From NCBI GenBank assembly GCA_050298055.1, contig JBNKTL010000013.1:5979-69978 (forward strand): a stretch of DNA of 64,000 nucleotides. The letters are read 5' to 3'. Made by a program: the position numbers and the translations under genes. The notes beneath the pieces were generated by a model. The model worked only from the letters and a program-made list of their open reading frames with translations, did no database searches and was not told the DNA's origin. Below are positions 10,373 through 20,540 of the stretch, piece after piece. The stretch's first letter is position 1; each line of letters starts with the position of its first letter. This stretch comes from Spirochaetota bacterium. Lineage in GTDB: Bacteria; Spirochaetota; UBA4802; UBA5550.

Positions 10373-10691
10373 TATTGCTCCTTTGTTATATAATACATTT
10401 CATTTTTTTCAGAAAAAGACTTATTGCATTTTCTCAGGGAACTTTCCCATTTGTCAATGGAGTTTTTTACGTTTTCTCCAGTTTTCTTATAGTTTTTCTT
10501 TTGTTACTTAAATCATTGCAAAGAAATTTTTATTGACAGTGAACATCCTATAAAAGTTATTCTTGAAAGAGATATTCGGATGGTTGTAACTCAATAATAA
10601 ATTTTACATCGGTTTGCATGTTTGATACTGTTGTGCGAATATACAATCTGAAAGTGAATAAACACGGAATTTGTAAACAGGGAGACCTCAT

Positions 10692-11504
10692 ATGACGGAA
10701 AGAAGCAATTATCCGGGAATTGAAAATGTCATTTTACTCTATATGCTTCTTGCTGCCATTATGCTGGCCATCTCGGTACCACTCATCCTTTACAAGGAAG
10801 AATTTTACACCAGCAACAGACACCTGATAGCGCCGCTGGTAAATTTATTTTCAATTGGAATTGTCTTCACTATTGGCTTTAAAAAATCAAAAATGAGAAT
10901 CAATGATATCATTAATTCTCAAACACTCTCATATCCTCTTCTCCTCATTTTGATCGTTTCGTCCTTTGGTTTGACTGTTGTCTTTTCCGAGTTCAATAAT
11001 CTTATCAGGTATTATTACCCGATGCCCGAATCGGTTTTAAAATCAACCATAGATTTTTTAACTTCCGCCAACATCTTTGTGGTTATTTTCAGTACCGGAA
11101 TCGTTATCCCCATCACTGAAGAACTTCTTTTTCGAGGTCTCTTCCTCAGGGGATTAATGAAAAATCATTCTGCAATTTTCTCGATCATTATGACTTCGTT
11201 TCTCTTTGCATTTCTCCATGCAAACCCCTGGGGAATGCTCTCCTATTTTTTAATTGGAGTGGCCCTCTCATGGATTTTTGTGAAAACAAAAAATCTCATC
11301 TACTGTATTACTGTTCACAGTTTTTACAATTTGTGGCTGGTATTTTTTTTACATGCAGATCTGGCTATTCCGGGATTCAGCGATTTCAGCAACCCCAACC
11401 AGTTTCAGCCAATATGGCTGGACGGCCTCGGCATTGTGCTCGTTGGGAGCTGTTTTTACTTAATGGATCATATCCTCAAGAAGAAACCTTTTCTTTCAGA
11501 ATAA
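10692..11504 (+). CDS. CPBP (CAAX/Abi) intramembrane metalloprotease
   Basis: PITEELLFRG, FAFLH, HSFYN. Confidence 0.88.
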   Translation: MTERSNYPGIENVILLYMLLAAIMLAISVPLILYKEEFYTSNRHLIAPLVNLFSIGIVFTIGFKKSKMRINDIINSQTLSYPLLLILIVSSFGLTVVFSEFNNLIRYYYPMPESVLKSTIDFLTSANIFVVIFSTGIVIPITEELLFRGLFLRGLMKNHSAIFSIIMTSFLFAFLHANPWGMLSYFLIGVALSWIFVKTKNLIYCITVHSFYNLWLVFFLHADLAIPGFSDFSNPNQFQPIWLDGLGIVLVGSCFYLMDHILKKKPFLSE

Positions 11505-11508
11505 TTCC

Positions 11509-12039
11509 TCATACCCTACTGTTCTTTTTCCGTTTCTCCAGGTCCTCCAGGGCTTTGTTCAGCGTGCAGAGCGCCAGGGCGGCACAGTGTTCATTCTCTT
11601 TGGGCAAACCGCCTAATTCTTTCAGAACATTTTTTGGCTTAATTTTTTTTACCTTATGGATTTTCATCCCATTTATCATTTCCGCCACCATTCCTCCGGA
11701 AGCAACAGTAGGACCGCACCCATCGGTCTGGAAAGACGAATCAGCGATCACCCCGTCATTGATTTTCAGATAAAACTCCATTGTATCTCCACAGGAGCCG
11801 GTATATTTCGCGTATGCATCGGGAGAGTCCAGCCTGCGGTTGTTAACCGGCATGAGCATTAAATCAAGGGTTTTGTCAGAATAGAGTTCCCGTAACTGGT
11901 CTTTAACGATTTTTTTTAACTTTTCGAAATCGGAGCCGGAATATTCCTCCTTAACGATCCCCTTTGCTATAAGGTTCTCTATTGCCCATAGATCAAGATT
12001 ACTTTCAAATTGGTCTGATAAATTTGTTTTTTTCTTCAT
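11509..12039 (-). CDS. IscU/NifU_N Fe-S scaffold-like protein
   Basis: SCGDTM, TDGCG, LGGLP..NEHCA. Confidence 0.85.
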   Translation of the reverse strand: MKKKTNLSDQFESNLDLWAIENLIAKGIVKEEYSGSDFEKLKKIVKDQLRELYSDKTLDLMLMPVNNRRLDSPDAYAKYTGSCGDTMEFYLKINDGVIADSSFQTDGCGPTVASGGMVAEMINGMKIHKVKKIKPKNVLKELGGLPKENEHCAALALCTLNKALEDLEKRKKNSRV

Positions 12040-12049
12040 ACAGTAATAA

Positions 12050-13564
12050 TTATTTTTTCCTCTTTTTTGATTTTAAGTATTTGCTGTACTCTATCATCCT
12101 TATATACAGACCCCTCTTACAAATAACATAATATTTTTCCCCGGTTTTGATGCTATTGCCATAAAACCCACCTGTAGTTGCATATCCCTTTTTATCAATT
12201 TTTACAACTTCATTAAATAATGGGGTATAGATCCCGGTACCGTTTTTAAGTCCTGCCATATAACCGCCATAATATGTATTGCCATCCAGATCTTGATAAA
12301 AACCATCTCCATGAGCTAATCCATCAAAAAACATGCCCTTGTAATAACTGCCGTTTTTATATGTATAATGCCCGTTTCCATGGGCTTTACGCCTTTTCCA
12401 TTCACCGGTATAGGTATCTCCGTTTTTAAACAGAAAAGTCCCGGTACCATTCACAGTATCACCCGAGATCGTGATACCGTCATATTTATCAAAAAATTTG
12501 GAAAAAGCAAAAGAACAACTCTTGTATAATAAATCAATATTAAGAATTTTACTATTTTTATATTTTGATTTTTTATATGGTGTTCTTTCATCAACCATTT
12601 TTAATCGGTAGTCTGAAGTGGCGATATCAAGTGCCAGATCGAGAATTTCAAATGCAAGATCAGCTTTTGTTTCAACTTTACGTTTCTGACGTTCGCGATC
12701 CTCATTTTCTCGTATCTCATCCCTGCGGTTATTTTCCCTTCTCCTTTTCTCATTTTCTGTAATTATACTGTTCCTCTTTTCACGATACGTTTCATCGGTG
12801 TCATAAGTATCTGCAATACGCGCAAAACCATTAAATATGCCTGTTACCTTTCTGTTTTTAATGTCAATACAATAGAGGTTAACTTTAGCCTCTGCTTCCA
12901 GTTCCATTTCCTTAACTTCAAAGGCAGGCCAGCTGAAACCTGCTTTTCTACTTTCAGGTGCAATTGTTCTCAGAACCTCTTTTTTCTCACTGGAAATTCT
13001 TTCAATCCATGGAATTATAATAAAATCATACTTCAGTTTTTTACCTATTATGAAAATAATCTTTAACTCATTCTCTGTAAGTGTTATGCTTTTTTCTTTA
13101 TCATTATTTTCTTCCTGAGTTTCATCAAAAAGGATATCATCATAATCTTCATGTTTTTTAATTGTATTTAACTCATCCTGTTTTTTCTTAAAAAGAGAAG
13201 CAAGATAATTGATCTTACTCTGCAGCCTTCGGTGAAGAGCTTTTTTTCTAAAATTTTTAACATCATCAATGCTGAACTTGTACCTGTTATTTTTGCTTAC
13301 TATCCTCTTAAATAAATAATATATATCATCGCTTGCTAAAATTTTATCATTCTGCTGCAAATATAATATCCCAAACTTACTGCTTTTATCATTCCTGGCA
13401 TCTCCTTCTTCATGATGTTTACATATAAGTTCTTTTTGATCCGAATACCTGTTATGGGTATTTTTAAAGCTCACACAACCAGTACTAATATAAAGAAAAA
13501 AAGATAAAATTATTACAACTATCCTTTTCGTATTTAATAAAATCATTGTACAATTCTCCTTCAT
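12050..13564 (-). CDS. Lipoprotein with C-terminal MORN repeats (AT-rich)
   Basis: STGC lipobox-like; YTGEWKRRKAHGNG, YKGMFFDGLAHGDG and similar repeats. Confidence 0.7.
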   Translation of the reverse strand: MKENCTMILLNTKRIVVIILSFFLYISTGCVSFKNTHNRYSDQKELICKHHEEGDARNDKSSKFGILYLQQNDKILASDDIYYLFKRIVSKNNRYKFSIDDVKNFRKKALHRRLQSKINYLASLFKKKQDELNTIKKHEDYDDILFDETQEENNDKEKSITLTENELKIIFIIGKKLKYDFIIIPWIERISSEKKEVLRTIAPESRKAGFSWPAFEVKEMELEAEAKVNLYCIDIKNRKVTGIFNGFARIADTYDTDETYREKRNSIITENEKRRRENNRRDEIRENEDRERQKRKVETKADLAFEILDLALDIATSDYRLKMVDERTPYKKSKYKNSKILNIDLLYKSCSFAFSKFFDKYDGITISGDTVNGTGTFLFKNGDTYTGEWKRRKAHGNGHYTYKNGSYYKGMFFDGLAHGDGFYQDLDGNTYYGGYMAGLKNGTGIYTPLFNEVVKIDKKGYATTGGFYGNSIKTGEKYYVICKRGLYIRMIEYSKYLKSKKRKK

Positions 13565-13777
13565 CCATTGAAATGTTGCAATATCCCTTATTTTGCACTA
13601 CTTTCAAAAAATCATTAATAGTATTTGTCCGATTACAGAAGTAAATACCAGCACGCCGCATAAAATTTTTAAATGATAATATCTCATGTCAATGAAATTT
13701 TATTTCTCCACTATGAACACCAATAAGTATTGGTTAGTTTACTTTCTGAGAATAACAGAAACATTAATGATAAAATT

Positions 13778-14482
13778 TCACATCAACCTTGCAACAAGCG
13801 CCGTAACCGCGGTTTCAACCCTGAGAATACGTTCACCGAGGTTTATCCCCCTGAACCCCATACTCAGAAATCTCTCCACCTCCCGCTGTATAAACCCCCC
13901 CTCCGGTCCCACGGCAAGAGTGACGGGATGATCTCCTCTCCCGGTCTCTTCTCCGCCAAAACCGGGATGCGCAAGGAGACATTCTCTCCCCACCATGAGC
14001 CCCGGAAGGACGGCATCAGCAAACTTCGAGAAGAACCTGTGAAACTCTATTGCCGGTAAAATAGTGTCCCGGGACTGCTCCAGCGCGGAAATGATTGTTG
14101 AGTTGAGAAAGCCCGGGACAACCGTATCGCTGTACCAGTAGCTTTTATCGACCCTCCAGGAATTGATGATATGGAAACTCTTTACACCCATGGTTACTGC
14201 AGAGTAGATCACCTTTTTCAGGACCTTGGGCCGGGGAAGGGCAAGTACCAGTACAAGCTCCAGGGGAGGAGGCGGATCATCACTCTGATAAACCTCCAAA
14301 AGCGTATAGTCGCCGCATTCAAGAAGGGTCCCGCTGCCGGTTTTCCCATTGATCATACCGGTCCTCAAAGAGGATGAGACCTGCGCTTTCAGAGTGTTTT
14401 TAATATGGATATGCCTGTGATCAGTAAGTTTTACAATGCTTGTATCAATGAAGTCTTCTGGTTTTAAAAGTATTATATTCAT
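13778..14482 (-). CDS. rsmE: 16S rRNA m3U1498 methyltransferase
   Basis: AVGPEGGF, LGERILRVETA; ATG at 14482 preferred as start. Confidence 0.9.
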   Translation of the reverse strand: MNIILLKPEDFIDTSIVKLTDHRHIHIKNTLKAQVSSSLRTGMINGKTGSGTLLECGDYTLLEVYQSDDPPPPLELVLVLALPRPKVLKKVIYSAVTMGVKSFHIINSWRVDKSYWYSDTVVPGFLNSTIISALEQSRDTILPAIEFHRFFSKFADAVLPGLMVGRECLLAHPGFGGEETGRGDHPVTLAVGPEGGFIQREVERFLSMGFRGINLGERILRVETAVTALVARLM

Positions 14483-14660
14483 CTTAATTTTCCTGGCGCA
14501 GATTAAGCGGTAATATCCGTATCCCAATACTCACTAAAAACAACTTTTTGTCAAATAAACCTGTTTACCAAAATATCAATGGTATGCCCCGCCGCCCAAG
14601 GTAATTACCTTTTTATTCCCTGAACAAAAATTATTAACCCATACTGTTCCAATAATTGAA

Positions 14661-14690
14661 TTGACTCATTCAGAAGAAATATTATATAAT
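14661..14690 (+). promoter_or_regulatory. Putative sigma70 promoter
   Basis: TTGACT-N18-TATAAT upstream of the 14834 gene. Confidence 0.4.
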
Positions 14691-14833
14691 TGATATGCGG
14701 GTAGATCGAACAATTAAATTTTCATTCTCAATTTTACCCCTAAGGGAACATCAGTAAATTAATTTAGCGAGGTTCTCTCATAATTTATAAAATCTGACTT
14801 AAAACTGAACAATTTACTGTTAAATCTGTTACA

Positions 14834-15661
14834 ATGAAAATCAATCAATTTTTATGTAAATTTTCATCCAGAGAAGATGAGAACACCTACAGGTCCCATT
14901 ACCTTAAAAGTGATGCTGTTCAGATTATCGTGGGGATTATTATTGTTATTCTCGCAACCACCGCATTTATTCCCAACGACTTTAAACTTTTTGGTCACAA
15001 TACCGAGTTCATACGATTATTGTCATTCAGGGGGATTTTTGTTCTCTTTTCAATAATTGCCATAAGAGGATTTCTTAAGATCGGAACCATTTTACTCTTT
15101 GACCTGTTGCTTTTATTCTGGCTGCTGGCACTCTGTATTTTGATCTTTTTTGTCAACTATACCAGGCCTCTTGCATATTTACAGCACAGCTATATCGATA
15201 TTCCCACAGTATTTCTTATCTTTGTGCTCTTTCCCAACAGGATATTTTTCCAGATTATACCGGCCGTTCTTTTTTCAGCAGTCAATATAACACTCCTCAT
15301 CATAAAAAATGCAGCATCAACACCAATCGCTTTTAATGTAATCATTATCGCTTACATTCTCTCAATTATCATCGGGTCATTCGTTTCATGGAGATATCAT
15401 ATTTTCAGACGTAAACAGTACAGGGCCTGGAGCAGTGAAAAGAAAGTGAAGGAAGAACTGCAAAAAGCCCATGAGAATGTGAAAGTTCTCTCGGGTCTTA
15501 TGCCGATCTGCGCTTCATGTAAAAAAATCCGTGATGACGAAGGATACTGGAAACAGATTGAAGAGTACATAGAGAAGCATTCAGAAGCCCATTTCAGTCA
15601 CAGTCTCTGTGAAGATTGCGCGGAAAAGCTATACGGCAACCAGGAATGGTTCCGGAAATAG
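14834..15661 (+). CDS. Multi-TM protein with C-terminal CxxC...CxxC zinc-ribbon-like domain
   Basis: About 6 TM, coiled coil, ICASCKKIRDDEGYW...SHSLCEDC. Confidence 0.75.
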   Translation: MKINQFLCKFSSREDENTYRSHYLKSDAVQIIVGIIIVILATTAFIPNDFKLFGHNTEFIRLLSFRGIFVLFSIIAIRGFLKIGTILLFDLLLLFWLLALCILIFFVNYTRPLAYLQHSYIDIPTVFLIFVLFPNRIFFQIIPAVLFSAVNITLLIIKNAASTPIAFNVIIIAYILSIIIGSFVSWRYHIFRRKQYRAWSSEKKVKEELQKAHENVKVLSGLMPICASCKKIRDDEGYWKQIEEYIEKHSEAHFSHSLCEDCAEKLYGNQEWFRK

Positions 15662-15775
15662 CAGGGTGCGGTTTTAAATATATGCCACAAAATCAGAAAT
15701 CTCTGCCATTATACGGGAAAACGATTTTCTGTTGACATTAAGCCCTCAATAGGTTTTGCTCATGTAATAGGCATA

Positions 15776-15898
15776 TAACTGAGTCATTACGTGAATATTT
15801 AATAGAAACAACAATATGTCCCCGTTACCCAAGGCGGCGGGATACATCAGTTATTTTTTTTATTATCATGTCAATTTTATACATAGTTGATCAGTAAC
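15776..15898. mobile_element. MITE/REP family A, degenerate copy
   Basis: ATGTCCCCGTTACCCAAGGCGGCGGGATACAT core and CATAGTTGA end. Confidence 0.6.
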
Positions 15899-15926
15899 TA
15901 AAAATAATATATTAAGAGGAAAAACT

Positions 15927-16556
15927 ATGGAATTCAACGAAGTGGTAAAAAAGAGAAAGAGCAAGCGGTGGTATACAGGCAGGGAAATCCCCAAAGAAAC
16001 AATAGAGAAAATTCTGAAAGAAGCATCACTGGCCCCCAGCTTCATGAACGGTCAGCCCTGGGAGGTCGCCGTGGTGACGGGAGACAAACTTAAGGAGATC
16101 GCGGAACTCTTTGAGAAGATGCTCGTTGAAAAAAAAGACACCCATTCCATACCGTGGGAGATCAACTGGCCGGAGAGACAGAAGGCCATTCTCAATAAAA
16201 TGAAGGAATCAAAGACAAACAGGGTCTACCCCCAGGACCCCTATGGGAAGTGGATCTACTATGCCCCCGTGGTGTTCTTCATTCATATTCACAGGTCGTT
16301 AAACGAATGGGCGCTCTTTGATATCGGCCTCTTTGTGCAGACCCTTCTTCTCTCGGCAACAGACCATGGGCTCCAGACAGTGCCCCAGGCGCGTATGGGG
16401 AACAACAATAAAGAGGTCGCTGAGCTGCTGGGGCTGGGAGAGGAGAGGAGGATCATCATGGGTGTCTGCATGGGCTACGCGGAGACGGACCATCCCAATA
16501 ACAGCTTCCTCTCACCACGGGTTGATCCGGAGGAGTTTACAAGCTGGCATTCGTAA
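15927..16556 (+). CDS. Nitroreductase family protein
   Basis: KRKSKRWY, APSFMNGQPW, DIGLFVQTLLL. Confidence 0.88.
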   Translation: MEFNEVVKKRKSKRWYTGREIPKETIEKILKEASLAPSFMNGQPWEVAVVTGDKLKEIAELFEKMLVEKKDTHSIPWEINWPERQKAILNKMKESKTNRVYPQDPYGKWIYYAPVVFFIHIHRSLNEWALFDIGLFVQTLLLSATDHGLQTVPQARMGNNNKEVAELLGLGEERRIIMGVCMGYAETDHPNNSFLSPRVDPEEFTSWHS

Positions 16557-16565
16557 GTAAAACGG

Positions 16566-17684
16566 TCAGTTTTTTGACCGGGAATACCATTCTTCCCAGG
16601 TGGACAAGGCCTCTCTTCTCTGAAGACTTTCGTCAAAAAGTCCCGTGTCTTTCCAGATCTTGGAGAGATCATCGCTTCCCAGGGTATCTGTCCACAAGGT
16701 GTCGTAATCATATGAAGTGAACCAGATAATTGCTTCCATATCCATGGTATTGGCTTCTTCGAACATCTTTTCGAGATACTCTGCTTGTTTCGCTTCACTG
16801 CCTGTTGCCCATAAGCTATAAGCGGGAATACTGAGATCCTCGGCAATCCAGCCGGTTTCAACAATTGCGTAGCTTTTCCCGGGAGCAATTGTCCGTATCT
16901 GGCTCAACCACGCTGCGGGGAGATTGTCCGGGTCTCCGGCATTGGCATGCCCGTAAAAGGCATAACCGTAGGTGCTGATACCGACAACATCAACATAATC
17001 CTTTATCTCGGCAAAGCCGCCGGTTGCGGTAATCATTTCAGTTGACCCGGGAGCTTTTAAGGCAATGGAAACCATTAACTTTAAATCAGGGAACGCTGCT
17101 TTAATATTTGTATAGACTGTCTGCGCGAATGTCTTAAACTCATCGAATTTTGTTGAATCGTTTATCATAAGTTCACTTATTTCAGGAGCATAGTTAAAGT
17201 AAGCAGGATTAAACCGCGCGATAAGCTCCAGGGCAAAATTAGTATAGCTTGTTATTACATTTGAGTCATCAAAACTTCGTGAGTCCCAGGGAGAAGTCCT
17301 GGACATGTTTGCACCGGTGTCCCATAAATCCGTTAAATCATCCCTGGCAGAATTGAGAGAATCAATGGCAAGATAGATTGTTTTCCCGCTTTGAGTGAGG
17401 TTTATCCTGTTATTCACTTCATCCTTAATATTTATCTCATAATTATCAAAATTCGGAAAAGTTGAAGCATCATCATAGGGAATTCCCTGCTGAAAATGAT
17501 GGGCAACCAGGTCTCCCTTTGAATTAATGAAGGTGTAAACATCCGTTTCTGCCTGTGCTGTGGCCGCGTAGAGCCAGGGAGTGAATCCCATATAAAAAGA
17601 CCGTGAAGAAGCGTTACCCGGCTCATTATCACCGGCACAGGAAATCAAAAAAACCAGAATAACAGGGAAAAGAAAATTTCTCAC
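16566..17684 (-). CDS. Lipoprotein, probable clan GH-A glycoside hydrolase
   Basis: LISC lipobox; NYAPE and IVETGW catalytic-like motifs. Confidence 0.65.
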   Translation of the reverse strand: MRNFLFPVILVFLISCAGDNEPGNASSRSFYMGFTPWLYAATAQAETDVYTFINSKGDLVAHHFQQGIPYDDASTFPNFDNYEINIKDEVNNRINLTQSGKTIYLAIDSLNSARDDLTDLWDTGANMSRTSPWDSRSFDDSNVITSYTNFALELIARFNPAYFNYAPEISELMINDSTKFDEFKTFAQTVYTNIKAAFPDLKLMVSIALKAPGSTEMITATGGFAEIKDYVDVVGISTYGYAFYGHANAGDPDNLPAAWLSQIRTIAPGKSYAIVETGWIAEDLSIPAYSLWATGSEAKQAEYLEKMFEEANTMDMEAIIWFTSYDYDTLWTDTLGSDDLSKIWKDTGLFDESLQRREALSTWEEWYSRSKN

Positions 17685-17899
17685 AGAAACCTCCGAAAAT
17701 CGTAAAAATTTGCCGATTTAAGAAGACAGCATAATCCTGCCCATTAAAAGACAATTGAGCGCATCTCATTTACTTGCTATACCGCTATTAATGAGTAAGG
17801 ATGTAAGTTTTTAAGTATGAGGAAAGATTTTATAAGATATTCAGAAGCCAATAATAACATTTCCCCAAGAAACCGGTTTTAAAAGGGAAAGTCTTTTTT

Positions 17900-18925
17900 T
17901 TAGAACTCGTCTTCGCTTCGGCTTGTGGTGAGAAGTTCATCGGGGATGTCTTCAATCTGCTCGCCCACCTTCACCGCGAGCCTGTTCGCCACAAGTCCCG
18001 GTCTGCATTTGAACTTCTTCCTGCCCGCGATCTTCAGGACCATGTCCGAACCCATTTTTGTGTGAGGAAGCTTGACTACATCCCCTACCGAGAGGCTCAG
18101 GACATCCTGTACTGATATATCAACACCGCCGATCTCCGCGATAATGGGCAGCCCCACGGAGTCGAGCCTTCGCTGAATAATCGACGCGTTCTCATCGGTT
18201 GCTCCCTTCCTGATACTTGAGTACATATACTGCGCGGAAAGCTTGGAGATGATCGGCTCAATAGAGATATAGGGAATACAGAGGTTAGTCATTCCTTCCA
18301 CATCCCCCACCTTTGTCTCAAGAGTAATAAGAACAACCATATCATTGGGAGGGACTATCTGGGCAAACTGGGGGTTTGTCTCGATATTTCCAAGCCGCGG
18401 CCTCAGGTCGATAACATTGGACCACGCCTCACGGAGGTTCCCCAGTATCCTTACGATGATCCCCTCCATAACAGAAAGCTCAATATCTGTCAGTTCACGG
18501 CTGATCTTTGATGCTTCACCCAGACCCCCGAAAAGCTTGTCTATGATGGTAAAGGTAATTGACGGGTCTATTTCCAGGACCGCCGATCCCTTGAGGGGGT
18601 CCATGTTAATGACGGCAAGGGTTGTGGGATTGGGAATTGAACGGATAAATTCCTCGTATGTCAGCTGGTCAACGGAAGCAACATGGACCGACACAAGGGC
18701 ACGAAGCTGCGCGGAAAGAGCGGTTGTTGTCAATCGCGCGAAGGTCTCATGCATCATCTGCAGGGTCCTGATATGGTCCTTGGAAAATTTATCAGGACGC
18801 CGGAAATCATATATCTTTACCTTCTTCTGCTCCTTGGCGGCGGAATAGTCGGTGGCATCAACTTCCCCTGTGGAAATGGCCGTCAAGAGGGCATCAATTT
18901 CATCTTGTGAAAGTATCTCTGTCAT
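17900..18925 (-). CDS. fliM: Flagellar motor switch protein FliM
   Basis: LSQDEIDALL CheY-binding peptide, YDFRRPDKFSK, C-terminal SpoA domain. Confidence 0.97.
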   Translation of the reverse strand: MTEILSQDEIDALLTAISTGEVDATDYSAAKEQKKVKIYDFRRPDKFSKDHIRTLQMMHETFARLTTTALSAQLRALVSVHVASVDQLTYEEFIRSIPNPTTLAVINMDPLKGSAVLEIDPSITFTIIDKLFGGLGEASKISRELTDIELSVMEGIIVRILGNLREAWSNVIDLRPRLGNIETNPQFAQIVPPNDMVVLITLETKVGDVEGMTNLCIPYISIEPIISKLSAQYMYSSIRKGATDENASIIQRRLDSVGLPIIAEIGGVDISVQDVLSLSVGDVVKLPHTKMGSDMVLKIAGRKKFKCRPGLVANRLAVKVGEQIEDIPDELLTTSRSEDEF

Positions 18926-19932
18926 CTCATAACTTCCTTAATTACTGTGGCTTCAAGGGCGACAATCAGCCACATATTTTCATACTTCTCAAGGGTATAC
19001 CTGTAAAGATACCTGTCAGGTTTTCCCGGGGCAAACCTCTTCACTCTCACATTGACGTGGGCGATGTTACCGCCCTTTTCAATTTCACCCCTTACAACAT
19101 TAAAGTCAAGTATATAATCGCTTCTCTCCCTGGAGAGAAAAGCCATGAATTCATTTTCAATATTCATCTTCCCTGCTTTATCGGCAAGATTGAAGATCCT
19201 GACATATTCAGGATACGAGTTGATATATTTTTCTATCCTGTAATACTTAAACATCCTCTTCCAGTTTTTTTCTCTCTCTGCGGCAAGAGAAAGGTTCACG
19301 ATCTCTTCCGGCGAAACATTATGCACAATCGCCGCAGGTTTAAAAAGATCAGGGACCTTCTTTCTGCCTGTGATCATGAAGGAAATCTCATTGCTCAGAG
19401 AAGGTTCATTTCCCCCTGCAAAATCGGGGAAGAAGTATCCCTTTACCCTGTACTTCCTCTCCGGAAGAAGCCTGTATATGCTTCTCAGGTTTATGGTATG
19501 GGACAGTTCTTCATGGGGAGCCAGGGTCAATGTTCTCCTCTTCAGTCCCCTGAGTACCTCATCACGGCTCCTGTTTTCAAGCCTGTACTTTACAATGATC
19601 TCAGCTTCCCTGCCCGTCATATCCAGGACAACCGGTTGAAATGTCGTGTAGTCCTGTTTCCTGTTTGTCTCATTCTCAAATACCATAACATCGGCATTCT
19701 CACTGGATATATTCTTAATGCACATCCTGAGTATAACAGGTTCATTAACATGAAATTTTAACCTGTCAAACCTGATATTCACAGAGAAAGAACTGCCTTT
19801 CTCCTCACTCCCATATGTCCCTCTCACTATAAAAATAAGGATAAGTATTAAAAGAAACTGTTTCTTTCCCTTCATGAGTCGTGCAATTATATTATTTAAT
19901 TTATACATAAATATAAACCGGTTCAATACCAT
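18922..19932 (-). CDS. Hypothetical exported protein coupled to fliM (likely start 19875)
   Basis: Signal peptide after MKGKKQ; 4-bp ATGA overlap with fliM. Confidence 0.7.
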   Translation of the reverse strand: MVLNRFIFMYKLNNIIARLMKGKKQFLLILILIFIVRGTYGSEEKGSSFSVNIRFDRLKFHVNEPVILRMCIKNISSENADVMVFENETNRKQDYTTFQPVVLDMTGREAEIIVKYRLENRSRDEVLRGLKRRTLTLAPHEELSHTINLRSIYRLLPERKYRVKGYFFPDFAGGNEPSLSNEISFMITGRKKVPDLFKPAAIVHNVSPEEIVNLSLAAEREKNWKRMFKYYRIEKYINSYPEYVRIFNLADKAGKMNIENEFMAFLSRERSDYILDFNVVRGEIEKGGNIAHVNVRVKRFAPGKPDRYLYRYTLEKYENMWLIVALEATVIKEVMR

Positions 19933-20042
19933 ATAGTAAATTTCGGTCGATTTTCATCTAATTGTTAAATTTTTATTTAATTGTTAAAAAAATCTCATGG
20001 TTATGTCACTTCTATCAGGGAAAAGATGACTTATGTTTATTT

Positions 20043-20189
20043 TGCTCTGACCCCATTTTAATGCTTAATGATGCTCTGACCCCAAAATCTACTCTGAGCA
20101 AGCGGATATCTATCCCTAAAAGTGCTCTGACCCCAAAATTTGACCCGGAAATTATATTTTGCTCTGACCCCCTGCCATGCTCTGACCCC
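20043..20189 (+). repeat. Cluster of five TGCTCTGACCCC 12-mers (REP-like family F)
   Basis: Exact copies at 20043, 20072, 20123, 20160, 20178; inverted copy at 216-227. Confidence 0.85.
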
Positions 20190-20224
20190 AAATTCTTTTC
20201 AAAATCGGAAATTTCTCCTTGTAA

Positions 20225-20432
20225 CAGATACCGGCTCCCTGTTTAAATACCCTCTATTCACGGGGAATCGGAAGATTTCTGGAAATAGCAGTCTCCGATT
20301 ACGGTTCTGCGCCCCGGGAGGAGTACGAGACAAAGTGTCACCTCTGTTTTGATATCAGGAGCTTCCTTACAGGTAAGAAGAAACTGGATTCCCTTGAATT
20401 GAAGCCGGACGAGCTATACACGAATATTAATG
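20225..20432 (+). pseudogene. 3' remnant of a gene, probably a radical SAM protein C-terminus
   Basis: Start-less frame NTLYSRGIGRFLEIAVSDYG...YETKCHLCFDIRSFL...ELKPDELY. Confidence 0.5.
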
Positions 20433-20437
20433 GCTCG

Positions 20438-20540
20438 TGCTGAGCCCGCATGATTTTGCAGCAATAAGATTCTTTTAATAGTTGGATATTCCGGCAGTTA
20501 ACCAATATCATGATGAGTTAATAATCACGCAGCCGAAGTA
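20438..20540. mobile_element. MITE family B, copy 1
   Basis: TGCTGAGCCCGCATGATTTT...AATCACGCAGCCGAAGTA, abutting CTAG. Confidence 0.8.

Noticed and set aside
20043..20189. 12-mer array as a CRISPR array
   Set aside because: The repeat is too short, the gaps are irregular (6-39 bp) and there are no cas genes.
19962..20352. ORFs 19962-20246 and 20140-20352
   Set aside because: They are translations of the repeat array (CSDP/ALTP) and not credible genes.
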